The notes: a model not told the origin generated them from the letters alone. A stretch of 44,999 nt of DNA from Microlunatus sp. (GCA_036566865.1 DATCVL010000141.1:1-44999), one strand, 5' to 3'. Positions 29,059 through 39,036 are shown, counted from the first letter of the stretch. Numbers and translations: made by a program.

Positions 29059-29207
29059 GCTTCCCCCTGGATCGTGCAGACTACGGCCTTGTCAGCCCTA
29101 CAACAGTCATTGGACTCCGACGCCCCCGAATGCGTAGAAAGTGCAGGAAACCTCCACGGAAACAGGTCACCCGGTAACTCCACCGAACTCCAACCTGGGC
29201 GCGACCC

Positions 29208-29313
29208 TTAGCGGATCCAGAATCGGGCAGGCTCTGCAGCAGGCCTCGTGACCGGTGATCACGCGGCGAGGTCCGCTGGCCGGGCAGTTCACGGGTGATC
29301 CGTTATCGGACAG
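29208..29313 (+). repeat. Composite element: core + right-hand module
   Basis: gcggatccagaatcgggc, then ccggtgatcacgcggcgaggtccgctggccgggcagttcacgggtgatccg. Confidence 0.85.
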
Positions 29314-29321
29314 TCTTCATT

Positions 29322-29817
29322 TCAGCGGATGGGTTCTGACACCTTGGCTATCGCCGCTTCGTTTGCCTGACGCTTTGCCCGGTCGATCTCGTGCGCACGC
29401 CAGAGGACCTCGTCGACCACCTGGGTGAGCGGTTGGCTCGTCTCGATGAGGATTGCATCGTCGGGAACCCGACGATCCACAAGACGGTCCGCTCGCGTCC
29501 GATTCTGCAGTGCCACCAGGTCTCGCTCCGACTGCTTCCCTCCGAATTCGTGCTCAGGCCGCTGCTGCAGTCGTCGCAGCAAGGTATCAAGATCAACATC
29601 AAGCACGAACACAGCGTCGAATAGGTCGATGACCTTCGAGAAGTTTCTCGAACCACCGCAGAAGAACGTCATCTGGATCGCCGGTCTCCGGGTCGCCCAC
29701 GTTGGCCAACACGCGGTCGCCATGAATTGCCTGATAGCCGCGCCGCCCCAGCTCGGTGCACACGGAGGTCTTGCCGCTACCCGACACGCCTTCGATCAGA
29801 AAGTTCCTGACACCCAC
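29322..29817 (-). pseudogene. P-loop nucleoside-kinase-like protein with internal deletion/frameshift
   Basis: MGVRNFLIEGVSGSGKTSVC...GDPETG, then jumps frame near 29672 to TFFCGGSRNF...FVLDVDLDTL. Confidence 0.8.
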
Positions 29818-29964
29818 CCGGCGGATCGTATCCGCGAACTCTCGCAGCGACGACCCGTTTCAAACGCGTTGGGGTGGCCGACAACGCCACAAACCGTCCA
29901 CACGAAGCTGCCCCCGTCGGATCGACGACCGGTCATGCTCGAGATGAATGGTTCTACGACGCCG

Positions 29965-30243
29965 CTACCCGAGCCGCTCTCGGATAGCGCGTTGTTCGAC
30001 CTCCAGAGCCGCTCGCGCAGACATTGTGAGCCGCCGAAACTGCATGTCCGTCACGGCCCGGGCAAGATGCTCGGGCAAAGCGAGCATCACCGCAACGACG
30101 GCAACCCCACTCTCGGGGCTCTCTGCCTCATAGCAGGCCTGCAGCACCTCAGATCTTCGGGCCATCGCAACGCCGACCGCTTCCAGGAACTCCAACCGCT
30201 CCTCGTCGGCCCGCCGCAATTCAGCTGCATCGGGATCAGACAT
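29965..30243 (-). CDS. Stand-alone protein resembling the GyrA/ParC C-gate dimerisation segment
   Basis: ERLEFLEAV..A..RRSEVL...AES...A.AVTDMQFRRLT...R..LE.E matches the recalled GyrA pattern RaHILEGl..AldnidEVI....AqAILDMqLRRL..LER; own RBS and stop. Confidence 0.65.
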   Translation of the reverse strand: MSDPDAAELRRADEERLEFLEAVGVAMARRSEVLQACYEAESPESGVAVVAVMLALPEHLARAVTDMQFRRLTMSARAALEVEQRAIRERLG

Positions 30244-30408
30244 CCCAGGTCAGACTCCCCACCTCGGCCGGCAAATCGCTACGGATCGTAGACCGTCGGC
30301 GCTCAATACGTGGTCCAAGCCGTTCGATCGATGCGTGTGCACGATCTGCCCGCATGGATGCGCTGCCGGGCGGTTGTCCGGGGCACCATCATCGGCCACG
30401 CTGCGCAG

Positions 30409-30446
30409 CCATGATCAACTTGTCCGGAACGGATCCCTGCCCGGGC
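30409..30446 (+). repeat. Core motif copy with partial type-2 leader
   Basis: ccatgatcaacttgtccggaacggatccctgcccgggc. Confidence 0.75.
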
Positions 30447-30470
30447 GGCGCCCCGGCATGTTTCTTGGTG

Positions 30471-31073
30471 TCAGCGCGGGAGAAGCGGGGCGACTTGCGC
30501 GCGAATGTCCTCCAGGATCTGTTCGACGCTCAACGTGATGTTCAAACTTGCCGCCATGGCGAGATACATGATCGCGGATACAGCACGAGCTCTTGTCGCT
30601 GCATCCACGTCGGCCACCTGATCGCTTCGGTGCAGCACCGCGGCGATCGCGGCTTCGGTCTGCCCGACAGTGACCAGGGCCTCGCGGTGGCGGGGTTCGG
30701 TGGGGTCGCCGAAGACCATTTCCCGCAGGTACGTGCGGCCGTTGTCGATCCGGGTTCGATTGCATTCCACGATGGGTCGGATGATGGCCATCACGGCACC
30801 GGCTATGTCAGGGATCGTCTCCGCGTCTGCCCGCCCCTTTGCGAGCGCATCGGCGTAGTGGGCATTTTGGACGAGCAGGAGCAGTTCGCCCTTGGACTTG
30901 GCGTAGAGGAAGAGCGTCCCGGTGCCGATGTCTGCTTTGTCGGCGATCTGTTGCGTGCTGACCTCATCGACACCGTGGACTGCGAACAGCTCACTGGCCG
31001 CGGCGGTGATGCGCTCGAGCTTCTGCTGCTTGCTGCGCTCGCGGCGCCCGGTCGGTTGGGCGGGGACAGACAT
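30471..31073 (-). CDS. TetR/AcrR-family regulator
   Basis: GRRERSK...STQQIADKADIGTGTLFLYAKSKGELL. Confidence 0.92.
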   Translation of the reverse strand: MSVPAQPTGRRERSKQQKLERITAAASELFAVHGVDEVSTQQIADKADIGTGTLFLYAKSKGELLLLVQNAHYADALAKGRADAETIPDIAGAVMAIIRPIVECNRTRIDNGRTYLREMVFGDPTEPRHREALVTVGQTEAAIAAVLHRSDQVADVDAATRARAVSAIMYLAMAASLNITLSVEQILEDIRAQVAPLLPR

Positions 31074-31099
31074 CCGGGGCTCCTTTCGGGAATACAAAC

Positions 31100-31127
31100 T
31101 GACTGCACTCAGTTATGAGTGTAGTCA
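31100..31127. promoter_or_regulatory. TetR operator
   Basis: tgactgcactca-gtta-tgagtgtagtca, 12-bp arms with one mismatch, between divergent genes. Confidence 0.75.
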
Positions 31128-31183
31128 TCGCGGGCTTCCACCTTTACCGCGAGATCTGTCAAACCTTCAGAAGGAGCACGTCC

Positions 31184-31900
31184 ATGACATCGCTCAGCGG
31201 AGCCGTCGTACTCGTCACCGGTGCCAACGGTGGAATCGGTACTCAGTTCGTCCACCAAGCCCTCGCACGCGGTGCTGCGAAGGTCTACGCCACCGCTCGC
31301 AACCCTCGAGACTGGGGCGGCGACCGGCGCATCGTGCCGCTGACGCTGGACGTGACCGACCCGGCCTCGATCCGAGCCGCCGTCGAGGCCGCACCGGACG
31401 TGACGGTGCTGATCAACAATGCCGGTACGTCGGTCTCCAGCCCCGGCATTCTTGAGCACAGCGAGGAGGAGATCCGTCAGAATGTGGAGACAAACTTCCT
31501 CGGTCCGCTGTTTCTGACTCGCGCCTTCGCCCCCGTCTTGTCGGCCAACGAGGCGTCGGCGATCATCGACATCCACTCGGCCCTGTCCTGGTGGGCCGTG
31601 GCGGGAATCTATTCGGCGACGAAGGCCGCCCTGTGGTCGGCAACGAACTCACTGCGTCTGGAGCTGGCTCCCGCCGGCGTCCAGGTCGTGGGCGTTCACG
31701 TCGGCTACGTCGACACCGCCATGGCTGCGCACACCACCAGTCCGAAGCTCGATCCGGCGATCCTCGTCACCCGCGTGTTCGATGCAACCGAGGCAGGACA
31801 CTACGAAGTCCTGGCCGACGACGCCTCCGTACAACTCAAGGCCACGCTCTCAGGCCCTCTCGAGGCGGTCTACCCGCAACTCGACCGCGGTGCCGCCTAG
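31184..31900 (+). CDS. SDR oxidoreductase
   Basis: TGANGGIG, LINNAG, YSATK; RBS aaggag. Confidence 0.93.
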   Translation: MTSLSGAVVLVTGANGGIGTQFVHQALARGAAKVYATARNPRDWGGDRRIVPLTLDVTDPASIRAAVEAAPDVTVLINNAGTSVSSPGILEHSEEEIRQNVETNFLGPLFLTRAFAPVLSANEASAIIDIHSALSWWAVAGIYSATKAALWSATNSLRLELAPAGVQVVGVHVGYVDTAMAAHTTSPKLDPAILVTRVFDATEAGHYEVLADDASVQLKATLSGPLEAVYPQLDRGAA

Positions 31901-31990
31901 CCCTGCTTGGTGGCGTCGTGGCGTCACCCGACCGACCGGGCCGCGTGCTGGTGCTGTGGTCCGCCACTCCGTTAGAGAATGAGAAGTCAC

Positions 31991-33097
31991 ATGAAAGCGT
32001 TCGCGGTCAGCGACTACAAGGGTCCACTGTCGGAAGCGGAAATCGCCGAGCCGGCCGTGGGAGATAGGGATGTACTAGTCCAGGTCGCCGCAGCTGGTGT
32101 GAACCATTTGGACGAGAAGGTGCGTTCGGGCGAATTCAAGCAGATCCTCCCGTACCAACTCCCGATCACCCTCGGTCACGATCTCGCTGGCACCGTGATT
32201 GAGACCGGGACAAAGGTGCACGGCTTCAAGGTCGGCGACCAGGTGTATGGCCGTCCACGCGACGGACGAATCGGCACGTTCGCCGAACGCATCTCCGTCG
32301 ACGCATCCGACCTCGCACCCCGACCCGCAACACTTAGCGCCGTCGAAGCGGCCTCTCTGCCGCTGGTCGCTCTCACCGCTTGGCAGACCCTCGTCGATCG
32401 CGGCGGCGTACGTGCCGGGCAGAAAGTCCTCATCCATGCCGGCGCCGGCGCAGTCGGTACGATCGCGATCCAACTCGCCAAGCACCTCGGGGCGACCGTC
32501 GCAACCACCACCTCCGCCGCGAACGCAGACTTTGCCCGCACACTCGGCGCCGATATCGTCATCGACTACCGCTCCCACGATTTCGAGCAGGAGCTCTCCG
32601 ATTACGACTTGGTGCTGGACAGCCTCGGCGGGGACAACCTCAGAAAATCCCTCGGCGTGCTTCGCCCAGGCGGCAAGGCAATCGGCATCTCCGGCCCGCC
32701 GGACCCGGCCTTCGCGAAAGAGGCCGGCCTGAATCCGGTGATACGGGTGGCGATCGCGGCACTGAGCGCCACGACCCGCCGCCGCGCGAAGAAGCTCGGC
32801 GTCGACTACGAGTTCCACCTCATGCATGCCAGCGGCGACCAACTCCGCCAAATCACCACGCTTGTCGACAGCGGCGTCATCCACCCCACCGTCGGGAAGA
32901 CCTTCACCTTCGACCAGACCCCAATGGCACTCGAAGCGCTAGCCACCGGCGCCGTCCGAGGCAAACCCGTCATCATCCTCCCAGCCCATGTAGTCCGGTC
33001 GACCAGACCAAGGAGACGTAGTCCGACAATCATGAACAAGACACGTCTTCCGCCACGCAGACCCAAGGAACGTATGCCCTCGCAAGCGGATCGGTGA
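31991..33097 (+). CDS. NADP-dependent MDR/quinone-oxidoreductase-like protein
   Basis: AAGVNHLD, LGHDLAG, LVALTAWQ, IHAGAGAVG; family similarity appears to end at GKPVI and the ORF runs on to a stop inside the boundary motif. Confidence 0.9.
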   Translation: MKAFAVSDYKGPLSEAEIAEPAVGDRDVLVQVAAAGVNHLDEKVRSGEFKQILPYQLPITLGHDLAGTVIETGTKVHGFKVGDQVYGRPRDGRIGTFAERISVDASDLAPRPATLSAVEAASLPLVALTAWQTLVDRGGVRAGQKVLIHAGAGAVGTIAIQLAKHLGATVATTTSAANADFARTLGADIVIDYRSHDFEQELSDYDLVLDSLGGDNLRKSLGVLRPGGKAIGISGPPDPAFAKEAGLNPVIRVAIAALSATTRRRAKKLGVDYEFHLMHASGDQLRQITTLVDSGVIHPTVGKTFTFDQTPMALEALATGAVRGKPVIILPAHVVRSTRPRRRSPTIMNKTRLPPRRPKERMPSQADR

Positions 33098-33103
33098 CCG
33101 GAC
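33078..33103 (+). repeat. Core motif copy containing the oxidoreductase stop
   Basis: cctcgcaagcggatcggtgaccggac; TGA at 33095-33097. Confidence 0.6.
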
Positions 33104-33115
33104 GGCCCGCCTGAC

Positions 33116-33536
33116 TCAGCGGTGGTGGACTGTGAGATCGACACAGGTGGGACCGTCAAACGTCAACGTCGTTCCGTCAAGGTGGTGTAGGGCCGAGCCC
33201 CACCCAGCCAAGTCACCAGTAGCAAACGCCACAACCAGGACCGGCTCGATGGAACCGCCAGACGAGATCACCAACGCAGCGCCACTGATCATGATGCTCA
33301 ACAACACCAGCCACGTATCCAGATGGCCACTCAACCATCTGATCGACCGCGTACCCCATCGCGATCGCCGTCTCCGAATGCCGCCTATCGGGCCCGGTCA
33401 GCACGTAGCCGAAATCAGGCAATGCCTCACGCACTGCGCGGGCCGCACGCACACCCTCCGACGACAGCAACGATCCGTGCTCACGGCCGGGCTCCTTCTT
33501 CGTCAATGAATGGCGCCGAATCTCCAAAGTCTTCAC
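33116..33536 (-). pseudogene. Histidine-phosphatase-fold protein with internal deletion
   Basis: LEIRRHS...LSSEGVRAA...RHSETA, frame jump near 33280 to ALVISSGG.IE. Confidence 0.6.
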
Positions 33537-33591
33537 CTCGCGCAGCCTACGGAGTCCCCCGGCGCAGATGCCTGAGTTGATCACGCCCGGC

Positions 33592-33619
33592 CCGTGCCAC
33601 ACAGGATCGGTGACCAGAC
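33592..33619 (+). repeat. Core motif copy
   Basis: ccgtgccacacaggatcggtgaccagac. Confidence 0.65.
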
Positions 33620-33665
33620 ACCGGGTCGAGGGAGTCCGCAATCTGGCAGGTGGCTCCGTAGCCGA

Positions 33666-34367
33666 TCACGATCGCCGCGCCGGAGGCGCTATTCGCACCG
33701 GGGCTCGGAAGATCAGGCAGTAGTCCTGGGTGAACCAGTCCTGCGGCTCGTCCCAACTCAGCACGACCTCACGATCGAAGGTCAGAACCTCCGACAGCGC
33801 AGCACCCACATCCCACGCCAACCGACTTGATCGCAGGTTCGCAACGTTGACCACGATCCTGGCCTCCGACCCGACCACGCGGCTAGCGATCCCTCGGTAG
33901 ATCTGTTGGAGGTCGCGCAGATAGCTGTCGTAGTTCCCATCCAACGTCTGGTACCCGCTGAGCGGGTTTTGATCATGGTTCTGCTTGGTCATGTAGGGCG
34001 GAGACGTGATCGACAGCTTGAACTTCGGCAGTGCCGGCCAGTCATATCCTCGAACATCCTGCTCACGCATCGATGTGGGGTCCGACAACCGCGCTCGTGC
34101 ATACGCAACTCTGGTCGCATCGATCTCGAACCCGATCGCCGATCGTCCAAGCCGTTCGGCCGTAGCAAGGGTTGTCCCGAACCCTGCGAACGGATCAAAG
34201 ACCAGATCGCCCCGGCCGGTGTACGCGTTGACAAACACGGCCACCAATCCAGGGGTGAAGCACAGGTCGTCGAGGAATTCCTCTGGCCGATCCGTTCTCG
34301 GCAGCGTCGCCTGCAACCGCAGCACCCTCGTGGTCTCTGACAGCACGGCATCACTGCGAATCGACAC
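33666..34367 (-). CDS. Short orphan amino-methyltransferase (N4C/N6A DNA MTase-like)
   Basis: VFDPFAGFGTT (motif I), GFEID, ITSPPY (motif IV). Confidence 0.82.
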   Translation of the reverse strand: MSIRSDAVLSETTRVLRLQATLPRTDRPEEFLDDLCFTPGLVAVFVNAYTGRGDLVFDPFAGFGTTLATAERLGRSAIGFEIDATRVAYARARLSDPTSMREQDVRGYDWPALPKFKLSITSPPYMTKQNHDQNPLSGYQTLDGNYDSYLRDLQQIYRGIASRVVGSEARIVVNVANLRSSRLAWDVGAALSEVLTFDREVVLSWDEPQDWFTQDYCLIFRAPVRIAPPARRS

Positions 34368-34408
34368 CGCTCGAAGCTAATGACACTGAACTCTCACCGC
34401 ACCTGCTT

Positions 34409-34509
34409 TTGCGTCCGGCAGGATCCGGTTGCGGGCGGTCTTGCCGGCGAGGGTGGTGCCCGGTGATGACGCGGTGACCCCCTTGATCGGGCAGCTCACG
34501 CGCGATTCG
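34409..34509 (+). repeat. Composite element: core + right-hand module
   Basis: gcgtccggcaggatccggttgcgggc, then gcccggtgatgacgcggtgacccccttgatcgggcagctcacgcgcgattcg. Confidence 0.75.
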
Positions 34510-34930
34510 CACTCAGCCGAGTTGCCGGGTGTCGCATCACCGTCAGACGATCCGTCGAACCAACACTCATCAGCCCACTCGCCACGTAGAACGGCCCCAT
34601 CGGCACGGGTCCAGCTGTACGACAGATGAAGGTTCCGAACCGGACACGTCACGCCCTGAAGTTCCAGGCCCGCCAGGCACTCCGACCGGGACATCAAACC
34701 CACCCCCGTATTGTTCGGGCGCACACCGAGCTCCAGCCAATTACCGGCCGTCGCCGCGTGGCGTAGACCATCGACGAACCTTCGCAGCCGTGGCCGCATC
34801 GGCTGATCCCCGGCACGAAACCAAACCGAATCCGAGCGTGGGTCTTCGGTTCCCGTAGCGTCACACATCACAGCAGCAGTATCGGGCCCAGCGCCGGCGT
34901 CCCGGAGCCAATATCGAAACACTCATAGCA

Positions 34931-34955
34931 GCCCGCGTCGGATCCACCACCGGGC
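34931..34955 (+). repeat. Core motif copy (right half)
   Basis: gcccgcgtcggatccaccaccgggc. Confidence 0.6.
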
Positions 34956-35058
34956 AAAGGCAAGGGTTCGACCGAAGAAGTGCTTTGCCAGGTTCACTGT
35001 TACCGCCCTACCGGCATCGCGTCATGATCGCTGATGACTCGGCCGGTCCGTGCTGGAC

Positions 35059-35955
35059 CTACCGAAGGTAGTCACCGTCGGCGAGGTCATCGAGGAGACC
35101 TTCGTGGGTTGGCCTCCAGTCGAGGAGCTGCTTGGTTTGGGGAGCGGCTGCAGGGGCGTGTGCACCGTAGAGGAGCCCCATAAACGGGCTGATGTAATGC
35201 TTGGCTGCCTCCTCCGGGGTCAATGCCGTGGCGGGGATGCCGAGTCCCTGACCGATGGTATTGGCAATGTCAGCGAAGGTGACGTTCTCCGCGACAGCAT
35301 GCAGCACACTTCCCGCTGGAGCGCTCTCGACAGCAAGGCGGTAGAGCCGCGCAGCGTCGTCACGGTGCACTGCCGGCCACTGGTTGGTGCCATCACCGAC
35401 GTATGCGGAGACGCGCTTGTCCTTCGCCGTAGCGATGAGCATCGGGATGAAGCCGTGATCGTTCGGCCCGTGCACGGTGGGTGCGAGACGAAGCACGATG
35501 GCGCGCACCCCGCGTCCCACGAACGCCAGGCATGCATCCTCGCCGGCGAGACGAGCCGCGGCGGGCCCGTCGCGGTCGGGTTCGTCGTCCTCGGAAACGG
35601 TTTGCCCATAAGGCAGGACGAGAGTGCCGGACGTGACGATCAACGGCTTTCCCGACCCCTCGAGAGCGCTCCCCATGGCGGTGATGGCGCCGACTTCACG
35701 ACGGATCATCGCTTCCGGGTCGGCGTAGTCACCGCCGTACGCCATGTGCACTACCCCGTCGGCAGCGCCGGTTGCAGCGGCGAGTACGTCGAGGTCTTCC
35801 AGAGAGCCGCGCACCGGCACCGCGCCCAGCCGCTCGAGGATTGCGGCCGAAGCGTCGGAGCGGGCAAGACCGGTAACGGTGTGCCCGCCACGGATCAGCT
35901 CGCGAATGATGGCTGGACCGGTCTGTCCAGACCCACCAGTGACGAAAACCTGCAT
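35059..35955 (-). CDS. Atypical SDR / NAD-dependent epimerase-dehydratase family protein
   Basis: MQVFVTGGSGQTG, GLARS, RLAPTVHG, WPAVHRDDAARLY. Confidence 0.92.
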   Translation of the reverse strand: MQVFVTGGSGQTGPAIIRELIRGGHTVTGLARSDASAAILERLGAVPVRGSLEDLDVLAAATGAADGVVHMAYGGDYADPEAMIRREVGAITAMGSALEGSGKPLIVTSGTLVLPYGQTVSEDDEPDRDGPAAARLAGEDACLAFVGRGVRAIVLRLAPTVHGPNDHGFIPMLIATAKDKRVSAYVGDGTNQWPAVHRDDAARLYRLAVESAPAGSVLHAVAENVTFADIANTIGQGLGIPATALTPEEAAKHYISPFMGLLYGAHAPAAAPQTKQLLDWRPTHEGLLDDLADGDYLR

Positions 35956-35983
35956 GCGACACCCTTCTTCTCACGTCAGACGC

Positions 35984-36031
35984 CGTTGCGCCACAATCTG
36001 ACACTACGTTGCGCCACATCATGGCGCAACG
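35984..36031. promoter_or_regulatory. Putative TetR operator region
   Basis: cgttgcgccaca direct repeat (35984, 36007) and perfect IR cgttgcgcca-catca-tggcgcaacg (36007-36031). Confidence 0.6.
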
Positions 36032-36056
36032 GCCTGGAAGTCGCTACCGTAGGGGC

Positions 36057-36674
36057 ATGCCGAGAAGTGGAGCTGATGCCCGTCGGCGGCTCCAGCAGGC
36101 TGCGCTGCAGCTCTACCAGGAACGCGGGTACGACGCGACTACGACTGCCGACATCGCTGAGCGGGCGGGCGTGAATGACCGGACCTTCTTCCGACACTTC
36201 CCGGACAAGCGGGAAGTACTCTTCGACGGTCAGAACGATCTCCGTGACGCGCTGGTGGCGTCCGTGCAAGCCGAGCCCCAAGGCACAACACCTGTGGATG
36301 CCCTCCGGCGCGCGTTCCTCGCGTCAGCCCACATCCTGGAAGCCAACAAGGATGACGGCGTGACGCGACTCCAGATCATTTCCCGGACCCCTGCACTGTC
36401 CGAGCGAGATCTTGCCAAGGGTGCGACGATGGCGGCAGCCCTCGCCGACACACTCCACGACCGCGGAGAGCAGCGGGACGCAGCCAACCTCATCGCCGCC
36501 GTCGGCTGGGCCACGTTCCACCACGCCGCAACACAGTGGATCGCCACACCCAGCGCAAATCTCCGGCACCTCATCGCCAGCGCCTTCGACCTGCTCACAT
36601 CTCTCTCAGCTGCAACTCCAAGCAGCGCGCCATTCTCGGTGCAACAAGCTCATCGCGCTGACGCTTATCAATAG
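36057..36674 (+). CDS. TetR/AcrR-family regulator
   Basis: GYDATTTADIAERAGVNDRTFFRHFPDKREVLF. Confidence 0.93.
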   Translation: MPRSGADARRRLQQAALQLYQERGYDATTTADIAERAGVNDRTFFRHFPDKREVLFDGQNDLRDALVASVQAEPQGTTPVDALRRAFLASAHILEANKDDGVTRLQIISRTPALSERDLAKGATMAAALADTLHDRGEQRDAANLIAAVGWATFHHAATQWIATPSANLRHLIASAFDLLTSLSAATPSSAPFSVQQAHRADAYQ

Positions 36675-36742
36675 CCGTTTGCGGATCGTCCTGCGGATGC
36701 GCTCAGCTTGCTCATCCTGAACGCCGGGAGGATCGTGCAAGG

Positions 36743-37798
36743 GTGATCGATCTCGACTTGCCCGTGGTGCAGGCCCCGATGGCGGGTGGTCCGTCCACGC
36801 CATCGCTCGCTGCTGCCGTGTCAGGTGCCGGCGGGCTGGGATTCCTGGCCGCCGGCTACAAGACTCCTGAAGCGATGCTTGCCGACATCACCGCCACTCG
36901 TGAGCTGACCCAGCGGCCGTTCGGCGTCAACGTGTTCGTCCCCTCGGGCGGTCCAGCTGACCGCGACACGGTGAACCGTTACGCCGACCGCCTTCGAGAC
37001 CAAGCGGCCGCTCTCGGGGTCGCGTTGGGCGGCCCCCGGTTCGACGACGATCACTACCGGCAGAAGGTGCAGCTGCTGGTGCAGCAGCGGGTCGCGGTGG
37101 TGTCGTTCACCTTCGGCTGCCCCGACCCCTCGGTGGTGCAGCGGCTGCGCCAGGTCGGGACGTCGGTGTGGGTGACCGTCACCGATCCGCAGGAAGCTGT
37201 CCAGGCGGCCGCGGCGGGGGCGGACTCGCTCGTCGTCCAGGGGGTCGAGGCGGGCGGGCACCGCGGCTCCTTCACCGACTCCGACGGTCACGAGGACTAC
37301 GGGCTCCTCGCTCTGCTCAGCCTTGTCAGTGCCCGAGTCGACCTTCCGCTGATTGCCGCCGGCGGGATCGCCACCGGCTCTGCTCTGGCGGGAGTTCTCG
37401 CGGCTGGCGCCGCCGCGGCTGCGATCGGCACCGCGTTCCTCCGCTGCCCCGAAGCGGGCACGACCGCAACGCACCGGAGCGCGGTGGCGCAGCCACGACG
37501 CACCGGGCTGACACGGGCGTTCTCCGGCCGCCTCGCCCGCGGCTTGGTCAACACCTTCCAAGCCGATCACACCGCCGCCGCCCCCATCGCCTACCCCGAG
37601 GTGCACCACCTGACCACGCCGTTACGCGCGCGGGCCCGCGAGAACGGCGATGCGGAGCAAATCAACCTGTGGGCGGGTCAGGCCCACGAACTTGCCCGAG
37701 ACCTACCCGCCGGGCATCTGGCAGTCGAGCTGGCCGAAGATGCCGCTGCCGCCCTCGATCGAGCCGCCCATCAATTCACGTTGCAGAAGGACAGATGA
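36743..37798 (+). CDS. Nitronate monooxygenase family flavoprotein
   Basis: VVQAPMAGGPS, QGVEAGGHRG, IAAGGI, TRAFSGRLARG, LWAGQ. Confidence 0.93.
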   Translation: MIDLDLPVVQAPMAGGPSTPSLAAAVSGAGGLGFLAAGYKTPEAMLADITATRELTQRPFGVNVFVPSGGPADRDTVNRYADRLRDQAAALGVALGGPRFDDDHYRQKVQLLVQQRVAVVSFTFGCPDPSVVQRLRQVGTSVWVTVTDPQEAVQAAAAGADSLVVQGVEAGGHRGSFTDSDGHEDYGLLALLSLVSARVDLPLIAAGGIATGSALAGVLAAGAAAAAIGTAFLRCPEAGTTATHRSAVAQPRRTGLTRAFSGRLARGLVNTFQADHTAAAPIAYPEVHHLTTPLRARARENGDAEQINLWAGQAHELARDLPAGHLAVELAEDAAAALDRAAHQFTLQKDR

Positions 37799-37902
37799 CG
37801 GGCACGACCCACCTGTCTATCAACAACCGATAGGCGGCACCCGGCCGCTCTCTTCCCCGCCGGGAACCGCCACCCGTCCCGCAGAGGGTTCCGCTTGCAG
37901 GC

Positions 37903-37952
37903 ACCAAGATCATGACCAGGCGTCGTCACCGCAAGCGGATCCTTCACAGGTC
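37903..37952 (+). repeat. Type-3 leader + core motif
   Basis: accaagatcatgaccaggcgtcgtcaccgcaagcggatccttcacaggtc. Confidence 0.85.
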
Positions 37953-38019
37953 AGCACCTGCAGGCGGATGAGGGCCGACCGCTACGCTGATCGGCCGTGA
38001 CGATGATGCGCCCTGATGA

Positions 38020-38988
38020 ATGGCAAGCCGCGTGGTTGATCTGACTCCCTTCACCGACGACGTCCACGCCATTGCTGCCCACTACGGTGTGCCAGCAATG
38101 AAGTTGGAGATGCCTCCGGTCCAAGGTCAGGTGAACCTGACTGTGTTCATGGGGCCGGAACTGGTGCTGCGCATCCCGCGTAACGAAAAGTCTGCTGCGC
38201 TGCTGGTCAAAGAAGCGGAGGTAATTCCGCTCGTGCAAGATGCGGGCGTGCCGACCGCGGGCCTCGTCAGCTACGACTCATCTCTGCGGGTCGGGAGCCT
38301 TCCGTACCTGGTCTTGGAACGACTGCATGGTGCAACCTTGGCTGAGCAGGACCCCGCAGACCGCCAACGGGCGCATGAATCCCTCGGTGAGATCCTCGTG
38401 GCACTTCATCAGGTCCGACTCAGTAGCGTCGACGCATCCGCCGCGATCCCAGCACCCTTCACGTTCTCGCCGCCCGAGATTGTTCAGCGACTCCGGGAAG
38501 CAGGCGAGATCGGCAGCGCCCAGTGCGATTGGCTCCTCGAGCAATTCGAACTCCTGAAGCCAGGCGGCCCCTCACTAACCGAGCCCTCGCTGCTGCATCG
38601 CGACGTCACCGCATCGAACGTGATCGTGGATCGAAGGGGCCGAGTATCGGCACTGTTTGACTGGGGTTGCGCCGAGTGGGGATCGCCGGCTCGCGACCTT
38701 GTCGGTTTGCCTCTTCGGGCGTTACCCGACCTCTTGTTCGGTTACAGATCAGCCCTCCACGCCGGCACACCGGGAGGACACGACAGCGGTGACTTGTCGC
38801 TTGAGCGTGACGCTTTGTGGTTTCACCTCTATCTGGCGCTGGCCAGGCTCATGAAAGAGCCCTCCACATCAGAAGACCGGAACTGGGCCGCGCCACGGCA
38901 GGCGACACTGCTCGACCTCCTCACCTTCATCTCCGGTGGGCTGCCAGACTCCTGGCCCGCTCTCCTAGGTCGCTTATCCACGAGATAG
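38020..38988 (+). CDS. APH-fold phosphotransferase
   Basis: GQVN, VLRIPR, YLVLERLHG, LLHRDVTASNVIV, LFDWG. Confidence 0.9.
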   Translation: MASRVVDLTPFTDDVHAIAAHYGVPAMKLEMPPVQGQVNLTVFMGPELVLRIPRNEKSAALLVKEAEVIPLVQDAGVPTAGLVSYDSSLRVGSLPYLVLERLHGATLAEQDPADRQRAHESLGEILVALHQVRLSSVDASAAIPAPFTFSPPEIVQRLREAGEIGSAQCDWLLEQFELLKPGGPSLTEPSLLHRDVTASNVIVDRRGRVSALFDWGCAEWGSPARDLVGLPLRALPDLLFGYRSALHAGTPGGHDSGDLSLERDALWFHLYLALARLMKEPSTSEDRNWAAPRQATLLDLLTFISGGLPDSWPALLGRLSTR

Positions 38989-39036
38989 ACGACTCCCACA
39001 CTGGCCGACAGCGAACCCGTTGCAGTGGGGGTTCGA

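Noticed and set aside
34377-34922. 181-aa minus-strand ORF as an intact gene
   Set aside because: No recognisable family and its 3' end runs through a composite repeat; may contain a gene remnant but cannot be supported.
35050-36174. Long antisense or alternate-frame ORFs (also 8935-10302, 42946-44133, 41268-42185, 29425-30291 and many others)
   Set aside because: Shadow ORFs expected at high GC; they overlap well-supported genes and lack family motifs.
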